A DNA stretch of 64,000 nt from the human T2T-CHM13v2.0 reference genome, Homo sapiens: NCBI RefSeq assembly GCF_009914755.1, contig NC_060936.1; one strand, written 5' to 3'. Of this stretch, positions 1-18,257 are shown in pieces. Below the pieces are notes generated by a model, which searched no databases, was not told the origin of the DNA, and was given only the letters and a program-made list of their open reading frames with translations. Position numbers and translations under genes: made by a program. Within the stretch, counting starts at the first letter, position 1, and each line of letters starts with the position of its first letter.

Positions 1-290
1 AGGCGCCCGCCACCACACCTGGCTAATTTTTTGTATTTTTAGTAGAGACGGGGTTTCACCGTGTTAACCAGGATGGTCTCGATCTCCTGACCTCGTGATC
101 CGCCCACCTTGGCCTCACAAAGTGCTGGGATTACAGGCGTGAGCCACCGCACCCGGCCTAATTTGTTTTTTGTAGAGACAGGGTCTCGCTATGTTGCCCA
201 GGCTGGTCTCAAACTCCTGGGCTCAAGCTATCCTCTTGCCATGGCCTCCCAAAGAGCTGAGATTACAGGTGTGAGCCACTGTGCCCAGCC
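1..290 (-). mobile_element. Partial AluY/Sc (1-158) followed by FLAM-C/AluJ left monomer (~163-290)
   Basis: Reverse-complement Alu motifs, e.g. GGATGGTCTCGATCTCCTGACCTCGTGATC and GTGCTGGGATTACAGGCGTGAGCCACC. Confidence 0.9.
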
Positions 291-565
291 TAAAGTATTG
301 TTTTAAGTAGATGAGAGATGATAAGGAGGTGGAGATAATAAACATATAAAATTTTAAGCCATGTGGGTGTTAAAAGATGAAAATCTCTCAATTAGTCTAT
401 AATGGCACTTAAATGCACATAAACTCCAGAAGGAAACCAAAACTAGTACTAGGGATGATGAGTGAGGAATGGAAGAAGGATAGATGAGGATACTGGAATA
501 GAAGAATAAGGAGGGAACTTTTCACTATACAACTTTTTATACCTCTTGATTTTAAAACCATGTGT

Positions 566-957
<392 letters not shown>

Positions 958-1012
958 TGAATTTATCAATTACTCAAAAATCTAAATAAAACACCTATTA
1001 TATGCCAGAACA

Positions 1013-1304
1013 TTTTTTTCTTCCTTTTTTTATTTTTTAATTTTACTTTAAGTTCTGGGATACATGTGCAGAACGTGCAGGTTTGTTACATAGGTATACG
1101 TGTACCATGGTGGTTTGCTGCACATATTGACCCATCCTATAAGTTCCCTCCCCCCACTCCCCACCCCTCAACAGGCCCTGGTATGTGATGTTCCCCTCCC
1201 TGTGTCCATGTGTTCTCAATTTTTCAACTCCCATTTATGAGTGAGAACATGCAGTGTTTGGTTTTCTTTTCCTGTGTTAATTTGCTGAGGATGACGGCTT
1301 CCAG

Positions 1305-1305
<1 letters not shown>
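1013..1305 (-). mobile_element. L1PA (about L1PA8-10) 3' end, 5'-truncated
   Basis: TTTAAGTTCTGGGATACATGTGCAGAACGTGCAGGTTTGTTACATAGG is the L1PA 3'UTR on the minus strand; T-rich tail at 1013-1045. Confidence 0.9.
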
Positions 1306-1338
<33 letters not shown>

Positions 1339-1620
1339 GACACTGAGTCTCACCATGTTGCCCAGGCTGGAGTGCAGGGACACACTCTTATCTCACTGCA
1401 ACCTCCGCCTCCTGGGTTCAAGCAGTTCTCCTGCCTCAGCCTACTGAGTAGCTGAGAGTACAGGTGCGCCACCACGCCCAGATAATTTTTTTGTATTTTT
1501 AGTAGAGACAAGGTTTTGCCATGTTGGCTAGGCTGGTCTTGAACTCCTGGCCTCAGGTGATCCACCCGTCTCAACATCCCAAAGTGCTGGGATTACAAGC
1601 GTGAGCCACCATGCCCAGCT
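1306..1620 (-). mobile_element. AluS
   Basis: Full dimer with poly-T. Confidence 0.9.
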
Positions 1621-2299
1621 TGATAAACATTTCTTGATGTCTTGAGGAAGACTGGCAAACCCCCCAAGGAACCAAAACAGAGATAGAGGCTTGTAGGATC
1701 TGAGATTATGACCTGGAAATCCCTAATAGCTTTGAATGCTGATGAGATTGGCCTCATGAATACCAAAGATCTTGTGGAGAAAAAATAAAAAATCAGAAGG
1801 AAGAGCTACCATAATTGCTGAAATCCCAGGGAGCCGGGAGTAGAATGAATGAGAAATAATAGAGTTCAAAAACATTCTCTCAGTTAAGACTCAGCTAATA
1901 AGGTAGAAGGTAAAAAAGCATTTTTGTTATTATCCCAAACACCCAAGCTTAGTTGATTCTCTTTAAAAAATGCATACCAATTTCACTATGAAAAACCTGG
2001 ATTACTTTACATGCCAGGGGAGGGGCAGAAAACCTGGAATTATTTAGTTGGTCAACCCACATTGACCGGAGATTGAAATCAACCACTAGAACTTGATTAT
2101 AAAAACTGTTAAATCAATTAAGTTATACTGTCTGACAGCCACTACATTTTGATACATTTCTATGACCTGTAGTTCCCTGATTTTTGTATTCACCATAGTT
2201 GGCTTTCAGAATATCCCTCTAAGTAAAGACAAGTAACTCAAAGGAGGCCTCCCATTGAATTCAGAAGGGCTTCTATAGGGGAAAAACATCGCCATTTTA

Positions 2300-2603
<304 letters not shown>

Positions 2604-3203
2604 TTAACAAAACAATAGAATTACAAAATCCAGCACAATCAACTTCACCAAGCAAAGAAACAAAAGTAGGTATGTAACATTTCAGCTTTTCCCCAAAATA
2701 GTTTATAACAAAGAAATGAATCAGTACAATTCCCTCAAGAACACCCAAATAGAAATTCTTTTTGAAAGTCTTTTCCGAGAAAAATGGAAGTAAATATTAA
2801 CCTCACATGAAGCAATCTGCAATCTTTGTTGCCAAATACTGATAATTATTGGTGTTCTTCATGGAAAAAAGCAGTCTGGGTAAACAATGTTAGATATGGA
2901 GCTACATTAACTCTATTTTAGGCTGACCATATTTACTCACATTATTTTCCCCTCTCCTTAACCTTTCCCTCAATCTTCTGAGGGAAAGAAAAGATGCTTT
3001 TTACTGCCTAATTTTCCTCTGACAAATTATTATGGCATTGAAACTTTGAAAAAGAAAGAACTAGAACTACAGCCTCAATGGGAGATTATTGCCACATTAT
3101 GCTTTCTATAATCATGTTATTTGTTTTATTTAGGGTTTTATTGTTTTGTTGTTTGAAGGGAAAAAAATCAGAACTTTACCTGCTTTTATCACATTAATAT
3201 ATG

Positions 3204-3580
3204 TGATATGGTTTGGCTGTGTCCCCACCAAAATCTCATCTTTAATTGTGGTTCCCATAATCCCCACGTGTCGTGGGAGGGACCAAGTGGAGATAATTGA
3301 ACCACTGGGGCAGTTTCCCCCATTCTGTTCTCATGATAGTGAGTTAGTTCTCATGAGATCTGATGGTTTATAAAGGGCTTCCCCCTTCACTGGGCATTCA
3401 TTCTTCTCCTTCCTGCCACCATGTGAAGAAGAATGTGTTTGCTTCCCTTTCTGTCATGATTGTAAGTTTCCTGAGGCCTCCCCAGCCATGCTGGACTGTG
3501 AGTCAATTAAACTTCTTTCCTTTATAAATTACCCAGTCTTGGGTATGTCTTTATTAGCAGTGTGAGAACGTACTAATACA
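3204..3580 (+). mobile_element. THE1C/D solo LTR (ERVL-MaLR)
   Basis: TGATATGGTTTGGCTGTGTCCCCACC...CTAATACA termini; TSD ATATG/ATGTG. Confidence 0.9.
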
Positions 3581-3595
3581 ATGTGAACTTAATTA

Positions 3596-3750
3596 GCTTA
3601 ATCATTATTATTAATCAATATTTAATTATTGGTATTAATAATTGTTAATATTTTATTATTAATAACAAAATAATTAACATTAATGTTATTAATGTGACTC
3701 TATTAATAATTAATATAATCTTAATAAAGGATTCACATTAATAATATTGG
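3596..3750. repeat. AT-rich low-complexity tract
   Basis: Repeated ATTA/TAAT motifs. Confidence 0.7.
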
Positions 3751-4301
3751 TCTATTTTTTAAGAGATAACATGTAACAAAAATTCTATTAATGTTCCTGA
3801 CACAATTTAAACATCCGACAGACAGATATTTGCTGTGAAACATTTGCTTAACTAGTTGAGTAGGGCAGGGGAAAGACCAGACTGACACCAATCCTCTTGT
3901 TCCCACTTGGAAGAATACATTTGATTTCTTTTTGAATAAATGAAAATTAAATCTTAACCATCCTAGCTCTCTAACTAAGCCTGAAATCTACTGAGAGAGA
4001 TAGATATCCTTAATGCCTCCACCCAGGTATAATCCTATTACATTTAAATGTTTATGTTTCCTTTGAAATCCTAATTAGCTAAAGATTGCTTGTGCTGATA
4101 GCTGTGTAACCAGCCTGCCTTAGAGAAAATATTATTCCAATGTTACTTGTACCCTGTTCTAGGAACAATATAATTACATAGCACCTACCTCTTTGTTAGT
4201 AGTAAATTATTTGAATGTGGATGTGGGACTTATAAACAGGATGTCATGGCAACATATATACTCTTATTTCCAAGTTTCCAGCCAAATGTCACAAATCCTA
4301 T

Positions 4302-4694
4302 TGCTATGGTTTGAATGTCCCCTCCAAAATTAATGCTGAAATTTAATTGCTGATGTGACAGTATTGAGAGGTAGGGGCTTTAAAAGAAGTGATTAGATCA
4401 TGGGGGCTCCACCCTCATAAGTGAATTGATGTCATTATTAAAGGAGTGGGTTAGTTATCTCAGGAGTGACTTTGTTATAAAAGGAAACTCTATTGCATGT
4501 GCTCTCTTGCCCTTCCCGTCATTTGGCCATAGTGTGTCACAGCAAGTAGGACCTCACCAGATGGCCAAACAGATGCCAGCACCATGCCCTTGAACTTCCC
4601 AGCCTCAAGAACCATAAGCCAAATAAATCTCTTTTCTTTATAAATTACCCAGTCTGTGGTATTCTATTATAGCAGTAGAAAACAGACTAAGACA
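4302..4694 (+). mobile_element. MST-family solo LTR (ERVL-MaLR)
   Basis: TGCTATGGTTTGAATGTCCCC...GACTAAGACA; TSD CCTAT/TCTAT. Confidence 0.85.
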
Positions 4695-4982
4695 TCTATG
4701 TATCAGGACATAAACTCCACGAAGATTTTGTTCACCAATGTATTTCCAGGACCTAGTTCAGGCCCTGACAAAAAGTACACACTCAGAAAATTTTGATGAC
4801 TGAATGGGTAAATGAATTTATAACAGATAGGAATCAACAAACTCCAGTATACTACAGTATACAAGTAATAACTCACTTCTTTATATTCTATTCTTCATTT
4901 TAATTAACTCTCAACCCCAATCCTGATGGACTAAAAATTCAGCCTCGATTTTATTTGTTGTTTTCATTCAGCCCAGAGTTTA

Positions 4983-5314
<332 letters not shown>

Positions 5315-5699
5315 TCAGCCCAAAGTTCTGAAGCCCTACAGTGCCAAAATGCAGAAGAGGTGGAGTGGGACTGTAGTAGTTGAGGGCTGGGCCAGCCCTC
5401 AATAATCAATCATTTTTCTACACAGGGTATAGCTCAGATGTGCACTACTACTGTCAACATGGTCACACAGGCAATCAATGACCAATCCAGCCCTGTGGTC
5501 TCCCTCCCTGGAGACAGACCATGCATCCATTCCCTCTAGAATCTTGCTGTTTCTCAGGAGGCTGCTAGGAAGGCTGGGACACCCCACTACACCCAGAGCC
5601 CCAAGACTTCACTAGTGGCTTGTAGGAGGCCCTTAACTGATCCTCAAACTATTTTCCCTAGTCCACTTTTCTCTGTGGTGCCTGGCTGCACTTTCTATA

Positions 5700-6390
5700 T
5701 CTTTCATTTTTTCCTTGGACATAGCTAAAGAGGGCAATAGAGAACATGGTCTCATTGGCAGAAGGGCACCTTTCTCAGCCTATGGAAATCTGGGGCCCCA
5801 AAAGTCGTTTATAGCCTAAACGGTCCCAGTCTCTTGTAATACAAGCTCATGGCATTTTCGACGATAAATCTCTCTCCAAAATATGTGTCCATTTTTTATG
5901 ACTTCAGTCACACCAACAATTCTTTTTGAAACATGACTTTCTTTCTAGATGTAATTACAGGTCCTTTAAGTTTATCAGGTTTCCACAGGACCTTGCCCTT
6001 AGTCACTTTTCTAGAAGCCATTTTGTTCAGCTGCATGGGTTAGTATGGTCCAGCTTAATGCAATCCAAGGTCTTAACAGAACATCTCATAGCTACATCAT
6101 TGATTTGGTCTTTGTCCTAAGGCTGAATTGGCCTTCCTAGATGAAATTATTCCTCCTTTTATCATTTACTAGTTGGAAAGAAAGAAAAAGTGGTATCTTT
6201 TGACACAGTCCTAAAATGCCTGAATTCTCTCTTACTTTTTAGTGCTGCTTGCAAGTAGGCTATTTTTTTTTTCCGAGTTCATTTCTTTCTTTTATAACCT
6301 TATGAATGCAGCTAATATCAGCCAATCCATGCTATTGATATTCTGCTTTGGAATCTCTTTCCCAAAATCCACATATTTATTATAGAAAAG
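5700..6390 (-). mobile_element. Degenerate MaLR internal sequence (MLT1-int-like)
   Basis: Minus strand GGAAAGAGATTCCAAAGCAGAATATC...TGGATTGGCTG resembles MaLR-int; by eye only. Confidence 0.45.
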
Positions 6391-6586
6391 ATCAGGTCTT
6401 TTAGAAAAGGTAAAGGTCTTTAATATGCAAAGCAGCAGTTATGAACTAATGACATATTAGAGACCTTTTCCATAAACAAAAATGTTGCAGATATGTTAAA
6501 TTAAAAATAATAAGCAACCTTTAAAACAGCATTTAGCATACGTTACAGTGTATATAGGGGGAAAAGGTATGTGCATATGTGTGTGT

Positions 6587-7084
6587 TGTCAACCTAAGTA
6601 ACAGAAAAGAGAGATGATCTTCAAACATAATGAGTTTAATGGGGAGTGCAGAGTGGATCTGCAAATCCAAGATATGCAGGCTAAGGAGACTACAGTTGTA
6701 TCCAAGGAGGTTGAGGCAAGGAGATGCTTTTAAAGGCAAAAGAGAAAAGTACACATAATTTGGTTTGAAACAGAGAACATTGTTTACAGAGGCTTATCAC
6801 AGAAGATGACACTAATTTTTTAATAGAGACAGTGTGTCAGGCAAGTATTCTTATGGATCTTTCTAGCTGTCCTTGTGACTCACCTAGCAAGCTACAGTTT
6901 GGAATCCTTGGCAAAGACTCTTGCTATAGGCACACGTGTAAGAGCCCTTTAGAGAGTCTTTGTAATAGTTCTTATCATAGGCATATGTGAGTGAGGGCCC
7001 TTCATTCTTAACTTCCCAGCTTTATTTTGTTGTTGTTGATTTGGTCTGACACAAGAGACTCCATTTTGATTCTGGAAACTCTCA
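6587..7084 (-). mobile_element. ERV1 MER4-group solo LTR (MER65/67/90-like)
   Basis: Minus strand begins TGAGAGTTTCCAGAATCAAAATGGAGTC and ends TTAGGTTGACA, typical MER4-group termini. Confidence 0.65.
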
Positions 7085-7267
7085 CTATATATACATAATT
7101 TAATACATAAGGTATCTCTAGAAAAATATGCAAGAAACCGAGTGCTATATTTGCCCCTGGAGAGGGAACAGGGGAACTAGAAGATGGGGGTGAAAGGGAA
7201 TTATTCTTTTCAATAAATAAATACATATATATAAAAAATTATGTATATACTCCTTTATATCTTTTAA

Positions 7268-8112
<845 letters not shown>

Positions 8113-8311
8113 CATTTTTGGACACATTTAAAAAACAATGTATCCATTGTTTTTTAAGAATGAAATTCAAATTAAATATTTGCAATGAAGCACCTCCACA
8201 GAAGGGTTTTTTGGAACCCAGTTTAAAAACCATTGCAGCTTTACACCAAGAATAAGAAGGCAATTACAGGCTTCTTAGAGACTAGACTGGATTTTAGAAA
8301 GATGCATTCAG

Positions 8312-8718
<407 letters not shown>

Positions 8719-9295
8719 TTAGGGAGTACTCTCAAGAACAAAACCTGTGGGGACATGAAGAAAGTATCACTGGGAAAAAAAAAGAAAGTATAATTGGGCA
8801 GAGACAGAAGTTAAACTGTGAGTCACAACAAAGGCCTAGGTTCATCTTAAAGGGAGCTTTGGAGATAGGATGACACTTTAGAGTTGCTCCAAAGTGGAGC
8901 AAGAGGACTGGGCCTTTATGCTCCCAAAACAACCAGACACTTGGATGTTAGCTACTCTTCGGGAGGGGCAGTTCTTCAACCAAGGCCAAGAACTGGAGAA
9001 GAATTCAGCTGAGGTCTATTGACTGACAACACTCCCAGCAGAAGGGGTAAAAAAGGCTTCAGTCCTGGAGTGGGGAGATCAAGGTGGGGTAGTACAACAT
9101 CCATTATAGTCCACCCCTGAGTCTCTTGGATCCACCTGCTTCATTCAAGTTCCAAGAGCAGGTCCTTAAAATTTCACAGGGCCTCCATCCCCACCATGCA
9201 GCTGATCTCAAGAGCACAAATGATACTTATCATCATTCTACCTTATAGGTCTCTTAGATTCCCTTTCTCTCTCCTGACCTAGGTGGCTTACCTAG

Positions 9296-10285
<990 letters not shown>

Positions 10286-10675
10286 CCTAGGTGGAGTGAC
10301 CCAGACACTCATCTCTGAGAGGATCTAAGACCCTGGTCATCATCCCCATCTCAGGACCTGCATGCCTGTTGTATCAAGAAACCAAGTGGATTGTGTGGGT
10401 GCCAAACATATTATTTCCTAATGGTCAGAGTTGATTACTTCTTCCAGGAGGGTGAATCTCCTATTTGACTGCTGGTATGTTGGCACAATAAGTCCAAAGT
10501 AACTGGATGGCAGCCATAGCTTGAGGTTTAATGCAACACTTTCTGTATCCTCTGGTGAAAGTGCTCACTCTTTGGGATCAGGATCTCTAGGAAACACAAT
10601 TTCCCCAGTGAGTTACTGGGGAGTAACGGTTGGTGGAGCCACTCTTGCCTCCATCCATTAGTTCCCATTATATTC

Positions 10676-11102
10676 TGTTGCAAAGACTTCTCAAGTTCAG
10701 ATATTTTAAAGGCCTTACCAGACTCAAGGCTTTTATTTAAAGGCAAGTGATGCACTGCATCAAGAGATGGAGAGTACAGGCAAGCATTGGAATCTGAGAG
10801 ACAGCTCCGACACAGCTCCCCAGGGTCCTGATTTGCACACGATGCAGTCAGAATCTAGGTCAAACCACCAAGATCTGTGCAAGGAATCTTAGCTTTGGGG
10901 GAATTCAATAAGGAAGTTCCCAGTGGAGTTTTTATGTACCCTTAGCCAGGCCTATCAAACCGGTTAGGCCAGTTTAAGGCCGTCAGTATAGAAATTGGCC
11001 CTGGCAGTTAGGAAGGGAGTTTCAGACTTCAAACAGCACATCATAAATTCCACTTTTCTTATCTTGTCTGACAGTCAGAAACCAGACATCAAGGCATTCA
11101 CA
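10676..11102 (-). mobile_element. Putative solo LTR, family unassigned, inserted in the ERVL internal region
   Basis: TG...CA termini on the minus strand with AATAAA about 60 bp from the 3' end; right boundary uncertain. Confidence 0.45.
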
Positions 11103-11555
11103 GAGACAAAGACAGTGCTGTTCTAGTCCAGTTGTAAATTAACTCTCTCTATCAGACTTTATTTATTGAAGATACCATCCCATACAGCTCTGGTTGACTT
11201 CAGATGTATACTAATTCCGGGAAATGGTGCCCCATCCTCTCAGGGTGTTCTCTCCAAGTTGGTACCTTAACAGGTTTCATCAGAGCTGTTTACACCAATG
11301 CTGTTTCATCACTCTATCAGACCAGCAGGCTCTGGGTGGAATGGTAGGTGAGAGGACCAGTGGATCTTAAGTCATGTGTGAACTGCTGCATTTCCTATCC
11401 TGTTAAGTGGGTTCCTTAGTCCAGTGAGATGTCATCCAGATCCCATGTCAAGTAGATCAAATACTTTATAAGCCCTCAACAAGTGATGCTGGATGAGGCC
11501 CTACAGGCAAGAAAGTTAAACTCATACTCAGAATACATCAATTCCAGCCAAGATA

Positions 11556-12202
11556 AATTTAGCTGCCATAGCAGAATAACATAGACTGGGTGACTTATAA
11601 ACAGCAGAAATTTATTTCTCACAGTTCCGGAGGTGGGAAGTTCAAGATCAAGATTCTGTGTCTAGATATTGACATGTCAAGGTATGTTGGCTCATGCCTG
11701 TAATCCTAGCTCTTTGGGAGCCTGAGGTGGGCAGATTGCTTGAGCCCAGGAGTTCAAGACCCGCCTGGGCAACACAGGGAGACTCTGTTTCTACCAAAAA
11801 AAAAAAAAAAAATTAGCTAGTTATATGGAACCTTCCTGTAGTCTTAGCTACTTGAGAGGCCAAGGTGGGAGGATTGTTTAAGCCCAGGAGATCAAGGCTG
11901 CAGTGAGCTAGCATCTCACCACTGCACTCCAACCTAGAGTACAGTGCAAGGCAAGACCCTATCTCAGAAAATAAAAGATTAAATATCTAGTGAGAGCCTG
12001 CTTTTTGGCTCATAGATAGCCTGTTACTTGCCACATCCTCACATGGCAGAAGGAGCAAACAAGCTCTCTTCTATAAGAACACTAATCCCATTCATGAGGA
12101 CTGCACCCTTATGACCTAATCACCTCCCAAGGGCCCTACCTCCTAATACCTTCACCTAGGGAGTTAGGATTTCAACATAGGAATAAACATTCCATTCATT
12201 AC
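11556..12202 (-). mobile_element. MLT1A-like LTR interrupted by AluJ (+, ~11680-11976)
   Basis: AGACTGGGTGACTTATAAACAGCAGAAATTTATTTCTCACAGTTC and CACTAATCCCATTCATGAGG MaLR motifs. Confidence 0.8.
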
Positions 12203-13987
12203 AGGATCCAAATAGTTAACATGCCACCAAGTGGATGATTGGTCTCCTTGAGGGATGGTGCTATATTGGGGTTCAGGATTTGTCTCCATAGCTTTCGACA
12301 GCAACAAAATCTAGATCAGCTTGGGTAAGTGCAACCCATTTTGTTGGACCCACGTATAGACTTCATCCCTGCCACCATGACTACTCTGTTCATGTACCAG
12401 TGAACCAGCACGGGAATGGCTGATGACAGAGACTTCCTGACATCACCTGGCTGGATCATTGCCTACTTGCTTACTTAGAAAGATCACTGTTTGCTTACCT
12501 GAAGAGGGAGAATTAGTCTTTACAAGGGAAAAGTGGACTATTTCTGTAGAAGAATTTCAGGATTCAAGATTCTCCAGTGCATCAACCCAGATGTCTCCCT
12601 TCCCTGTGTCAGGGTTACATTTCTTCCCAATCAGGGCTCCCAATTAGTGCAGAGAAAACTTTCCATGGTTGAGAATCTACCATTTCTGGAGCTCTACCAT
12701 ACATATCCTGCAGGAGATGAGAGTCTTTTTTATGCTGCCAAGGAGACCCTCTGGCTTTCACACTTAGCCTTTAATTAATTGATAATTAATGACCCTTTCA
12801 TTATCTTTCTGCAGAACTGAATAGCCCTCAGCAATAGCCATCCAATTTTATAGTCCTTATATTTAGTATTTCCTCTTTCTCAAATGACAGATACATTGCA
12901 CCTACAAGTGCATTCCTTCCATTGGTAGACTATCCAAGTTCACTGCTAGTGAAAGTTCAAAAAATTGCATTGCTACTGCATGCCATGGACTATTTGCTGT
13001 CTGTGTGCCACCTACTACCAATGATGGGGCCCTCATTGATATTTGGCCTGTGAATGATCCATTTCCAAAGTCCTGTCTTAGAGTTTTCATTTTCAGACCC
13101 TCCTGGTGCCAGCTATTTCCAGTTGAGTTCCCCATGAACCAAATTCTGAGGCAGAGATTTGCATGTAGGAACTTTATTGGCGAATAATCTTAGGATCAAT
13201 TCCTGTGGGGGCACAAAAAAACCCAAGATTGTTTACAGAGAAAAGTCAAACTATGATTCTGTCAAAACAAAGGCCTCAGCGCATCCTATTAGGAGCTCTA
13301 GAGTTGGGATGACCCTTCAGAGTTGCCCCAAATTGGAGTCATAGGGCTAGGCCTGTGTGCCCCTGCATTTACCAGTCTTTGGATATGAATTACCTCCTGG
13401 AAGGAGGTATGACCTTGGGCTAGGCAGCTCTGTTTAGCCAAGGGCAATGCTAGAAGAGAGACTCAGCTGAGAGTTGTTGATTGCCAGTACTCCCACAGCT
13501 GGAGGAATTCTTCAAGCCTTAGATGGGATGGGAATTTGTATCTGGGTAGCACACCACAGCACCCACAGTACAGACGAAGGAAAGTCAGTGCCTCCTACCT
13601 GAAACAAAATAGATTCAATCTTTATCTTATATACTTGCAATTGCCTATCTTTAACTTAAGATAACTAAGTTATCTTAAAACTTAGTTCAACTCAGTTTTA
13701 CTTAACATCATTATATATACTAGGTACAAGGGATAGAATGATAAATAAGATTTCCGTATTCGAAATGCCAATTATTTCCTCTCTGTCTCCATGCTTCCTA
13801 AAAGAGAATTTGTCATTCTCTCTTCTCTAAGAGTCTGCTCCCATAATCCTTTCTAAGTATTCAGCCGCTACGTGTCTCTGTCCTCCTGGCTTCAGCTGCA
13901 CAGTCTAATTTTTCTCTTCTGGGATTTTGGAACCAGTACATATGGACCTAAGTCAGTCTCCTTTTATTTGTTTTAATGGAAACGCTG

Positions 13988-14613
13988 CTGAGAGTTGCAG
14001 CTCACATCTGTAATACCAGCACTTTGGGAGGCTGCAGCAGGCAGATTGCTTGAGCTCAGGAGTTCAAGACCAGCCTGAGCAACATGGTGAAACCCCACCT
14101 CTACAAAAAATATAAAAATTAGCCTGGCATGGTGGTGCACACCTGGAGTCACAGCTACTAGGGATGCTGAAATGGGAAGATTACTTGAGCCCAGGAGGTC
14201 AAGGCTGCAGTGAGCCATGACTGAGCCATGATGATGCCACTACACTCCAGCCTGGGCGACAGGGTAAGACCCTGTCTCAAAAAAACAAAGAAAAATAGAT
14301 TCTCTACCTGAGATCACATATCGTTAGGTTCAGAATTATTTTTTATCCCAGCACTTTGGGAGGCCAAGGCAGATGGATCACTTGAGTTCAGGAGTTCGAG
14401 ACCAGCCTGGCCAACACGGTGAAACCCCACCTCTACTAAAAATACAAAAATTAGCCAAGCATGGCAGTGTGTACCTATAATCCAAGCTACTCAGGAGGCT
14501 GAGGCAGGAGAATGGCTTGAACCTAGGAGGCAGAGATTGCAACAGTGAGCCGAGATCGTACTGCTGCACTCCAGCCTAGGTGACAAAGCAAGATTCCATC
14601 TCAAAAAAAAAAA
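13988..14613 (+). mobile_element. AluJ (13988-14296) and 5'-truncated AluS (14346-14613)
   Basis: Alu consensus with poly-A. Confidence 0.85.
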
Positions 14614-15469
14614 GAATAACTTTTTTCTTTTTTGAGTGAAAATTTCAATAATCCTTACATGTGTGTATATGTGGGGACTTTTTCACATTGTTTCCAGTAT
14701 TGTTGGCTAAAGATTAATTTTTCAGATTACTTTGAATCAAGACAGACTAAAGGACTTTGTTCTTTTCTGAGCATTTATGGCAGTCAAATGTGTACTTTAT
14801 CTATTCAATAGGGTTTGAATGGAAGGAGAGCTCTACCGCAGGAGTGAATTTGTAAATATCTGAGATCGGCTTGCTTTGTGCTGGGAGAGGGGTGTGGGTT
14901 TGAGGAAATAACATAGATATGAGTCTGGATATGAATAGAAAAATCAGGGTAAGTGGCTTTAAACTGGGTCAGTACACATGTCTCCATTCTTAAGGAAGAG
15001 ACAAGTTGCTCTGCAGTTTCCCTGTGACCTCAATACAGTCTGTTGAAAAGCTATTTGGCTTCTCATACTGGAGCCTCTGATTTATATCCCAGAAACTCCT
15101 TTCTTTCAGCTTCCCTTGCCTAAGAATTCCCTGCCTATTCCTTTTACTTCCACCTCAGTGAAGCCAAAGTCCTGCCCTGCTTCTCACATGGCCCAGAGCA
15201 GATTTTGTATTTAGAAACGAGTGGGAACAGTAGGAAAGGGGAAGGTTGAAGGATATATGCAAATACTTCCCTCCCCATTCCTGACGCTCTTCTGCCACTA
15301 ACCAAGTCCACATCACATTTCCTAACTACAAAACGCTCTGCGGTAGCCAGTGCCTAGCTCCAGGATGCCTGGGAGAGTCCTCAAGTCTAGATCTCCTTTA
15401 AATGCAAATAAAGGTCATTTTAGTCTTTTTTTACCCAAAGAGTCCCACTCTTAAAAACTCCTTTGCTTA

Positions 15470-16410
<941 letters not shown>

Positions 16411-17079
16411 GGAAAAGAAATCTTTAAACAAAAAATAACCTAGACTGATTTAGATGTTTGAAAATGTTTATTCTACTAACAGGGATTTCAAGAGACAGAT
16501 TTGACTCCATGTCCTCTCTTGCCATTCCCTAGGCAGGGCTTTACTTGGCCCAATGTGTATCAGGGGACCCAGGGGGCATGGAAAGAATGGGAAGTGAAGG
16601 CCACTCCCATGGTGTCTCCTTGCATTCCAGTGTCATTATTCAAGCAAAATAAGGCTAAAAGGAACATTTGGGGCTGTCCTGAATGATTAATTACGAAGTT
16701 ACTAAAGGCCAGTTGTACCCTGTTGAAGGTCCATGTCCTACTACTGATATGATAAAAGAGAGATATATATAGGCTAATTGCATGTACATAAATCTTAGAT
16801 ATATCTTCAGATTCAGGTAGAAAAAGTCTTTCCTTCTTTGCCTGTCCTGTCCCTGCCCCAGCCCCAGGATAGCAGTGCATATGAGTAGGAGGGACAGTTT
16901 GTATGGCTGACTGAACGAGCTGTCAGTCTCCAAAGAGTGGACCAAGTGGAAAATAACCTCATTTCCCCACAGTCCTCAAGAAAAGGATTTTCCCTTGATA
17001 AGATTACTAGCCATTGGAAAATGTCTTAATAATCTTTGTATTCCTCCACCCCTTACCCCAATATGATAAAAAAAACAGC

Positions 17080-17265
17080 TACATTTAATTAAACACTTGC
17101 CAGGCACCTGTCTTACATTACTTATTTAATCCTTACACTAACACTGTAATGCAGCTGTTACTGTGCTAGTTTTAGTTATGTAGAAACAGAGGAAAAATTT
17201 GACTGACTAACCTGATCAGGAGCACACAGAAAGTTTTAGAGTCGGGTTTGAAACCTACATTAAGA
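17080..17265 (-). mobile_element. MIR fragment
   Basis: CTTATTTAATCCTTAC...GAAACAGAGG...GGGTTTGAAACC, MIR core-like. Confidence 0.55.
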
Positions 17266-17295
17266 ATCCCAAAGTTGATACATTTACTAAGCAGC

Positions 17296-17740
17296 TGTGA
17301 CGGGGCACCCCAAGACCACCCTCAGGTTTGACAATTCACTAGAAGGACCACCAAACTCAGAAAAGCTGTTAAACTCATACCGTTTGTTATGATGAAAGGA
17401 TAAAGATTTAACCCAGCAAAATAAGACACAAAGGATAGAGTCCAGGAGAGACCAGGAACACATTTCTAGTTTTCCTCTCTCTGTAAAGTCATAGAGACAG
17501 CACTTAATTCTCTCAGCAACAATGTGTGACAACATGGATGGAGTCTTGCCAACTGGAGAAGGTCACCTGAGTCTTGCTGTCTAGAGTTTTAATTAGGGAT
17601 TGGCCATGTAGGAAGAGAGCACCCATGTGGCTGACCTTACTCAGTCTCCAGCCCCTCTGGGGGTCAAACTGATTCAGCATGGCCCAAGACCCCCACCACA
17701 AATCACATTAGTAGCATAAACTATCTAGTATGGTTCAAAT
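17296..17740 (-). mobile_element. MER21-family LTR fragment
   Basis: CCCCAAGACCACCCTCAGGTTTGACAATTCACTAGAAGGAC...ACTCAGAAAAGCTGTT. Confidence 0.75.
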
Positions 17741-17889
17741 GTTTGATAAATTTAATTAAATGTCAATTTGGGATCAGTTTACATTTCCAGGGCCATAGTC
17801 CATAGGTTGGACAATTATATTTCGGGGTCATTAGCAGTTCTTTGTTATTTACAAGTCAGAAGGCATAAGTGAATTTTTTTTAAATATTA

Positions 17890-18257
<368 letters not shown>

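Noticed and set aside
163-290. Monomer with GATAGCTTG resembling BC200
   Set aside because: It keeps the FLAM/Alu bases ACCAGCC and TGTCTCTAC and lacks the other BC200 diagnostics.
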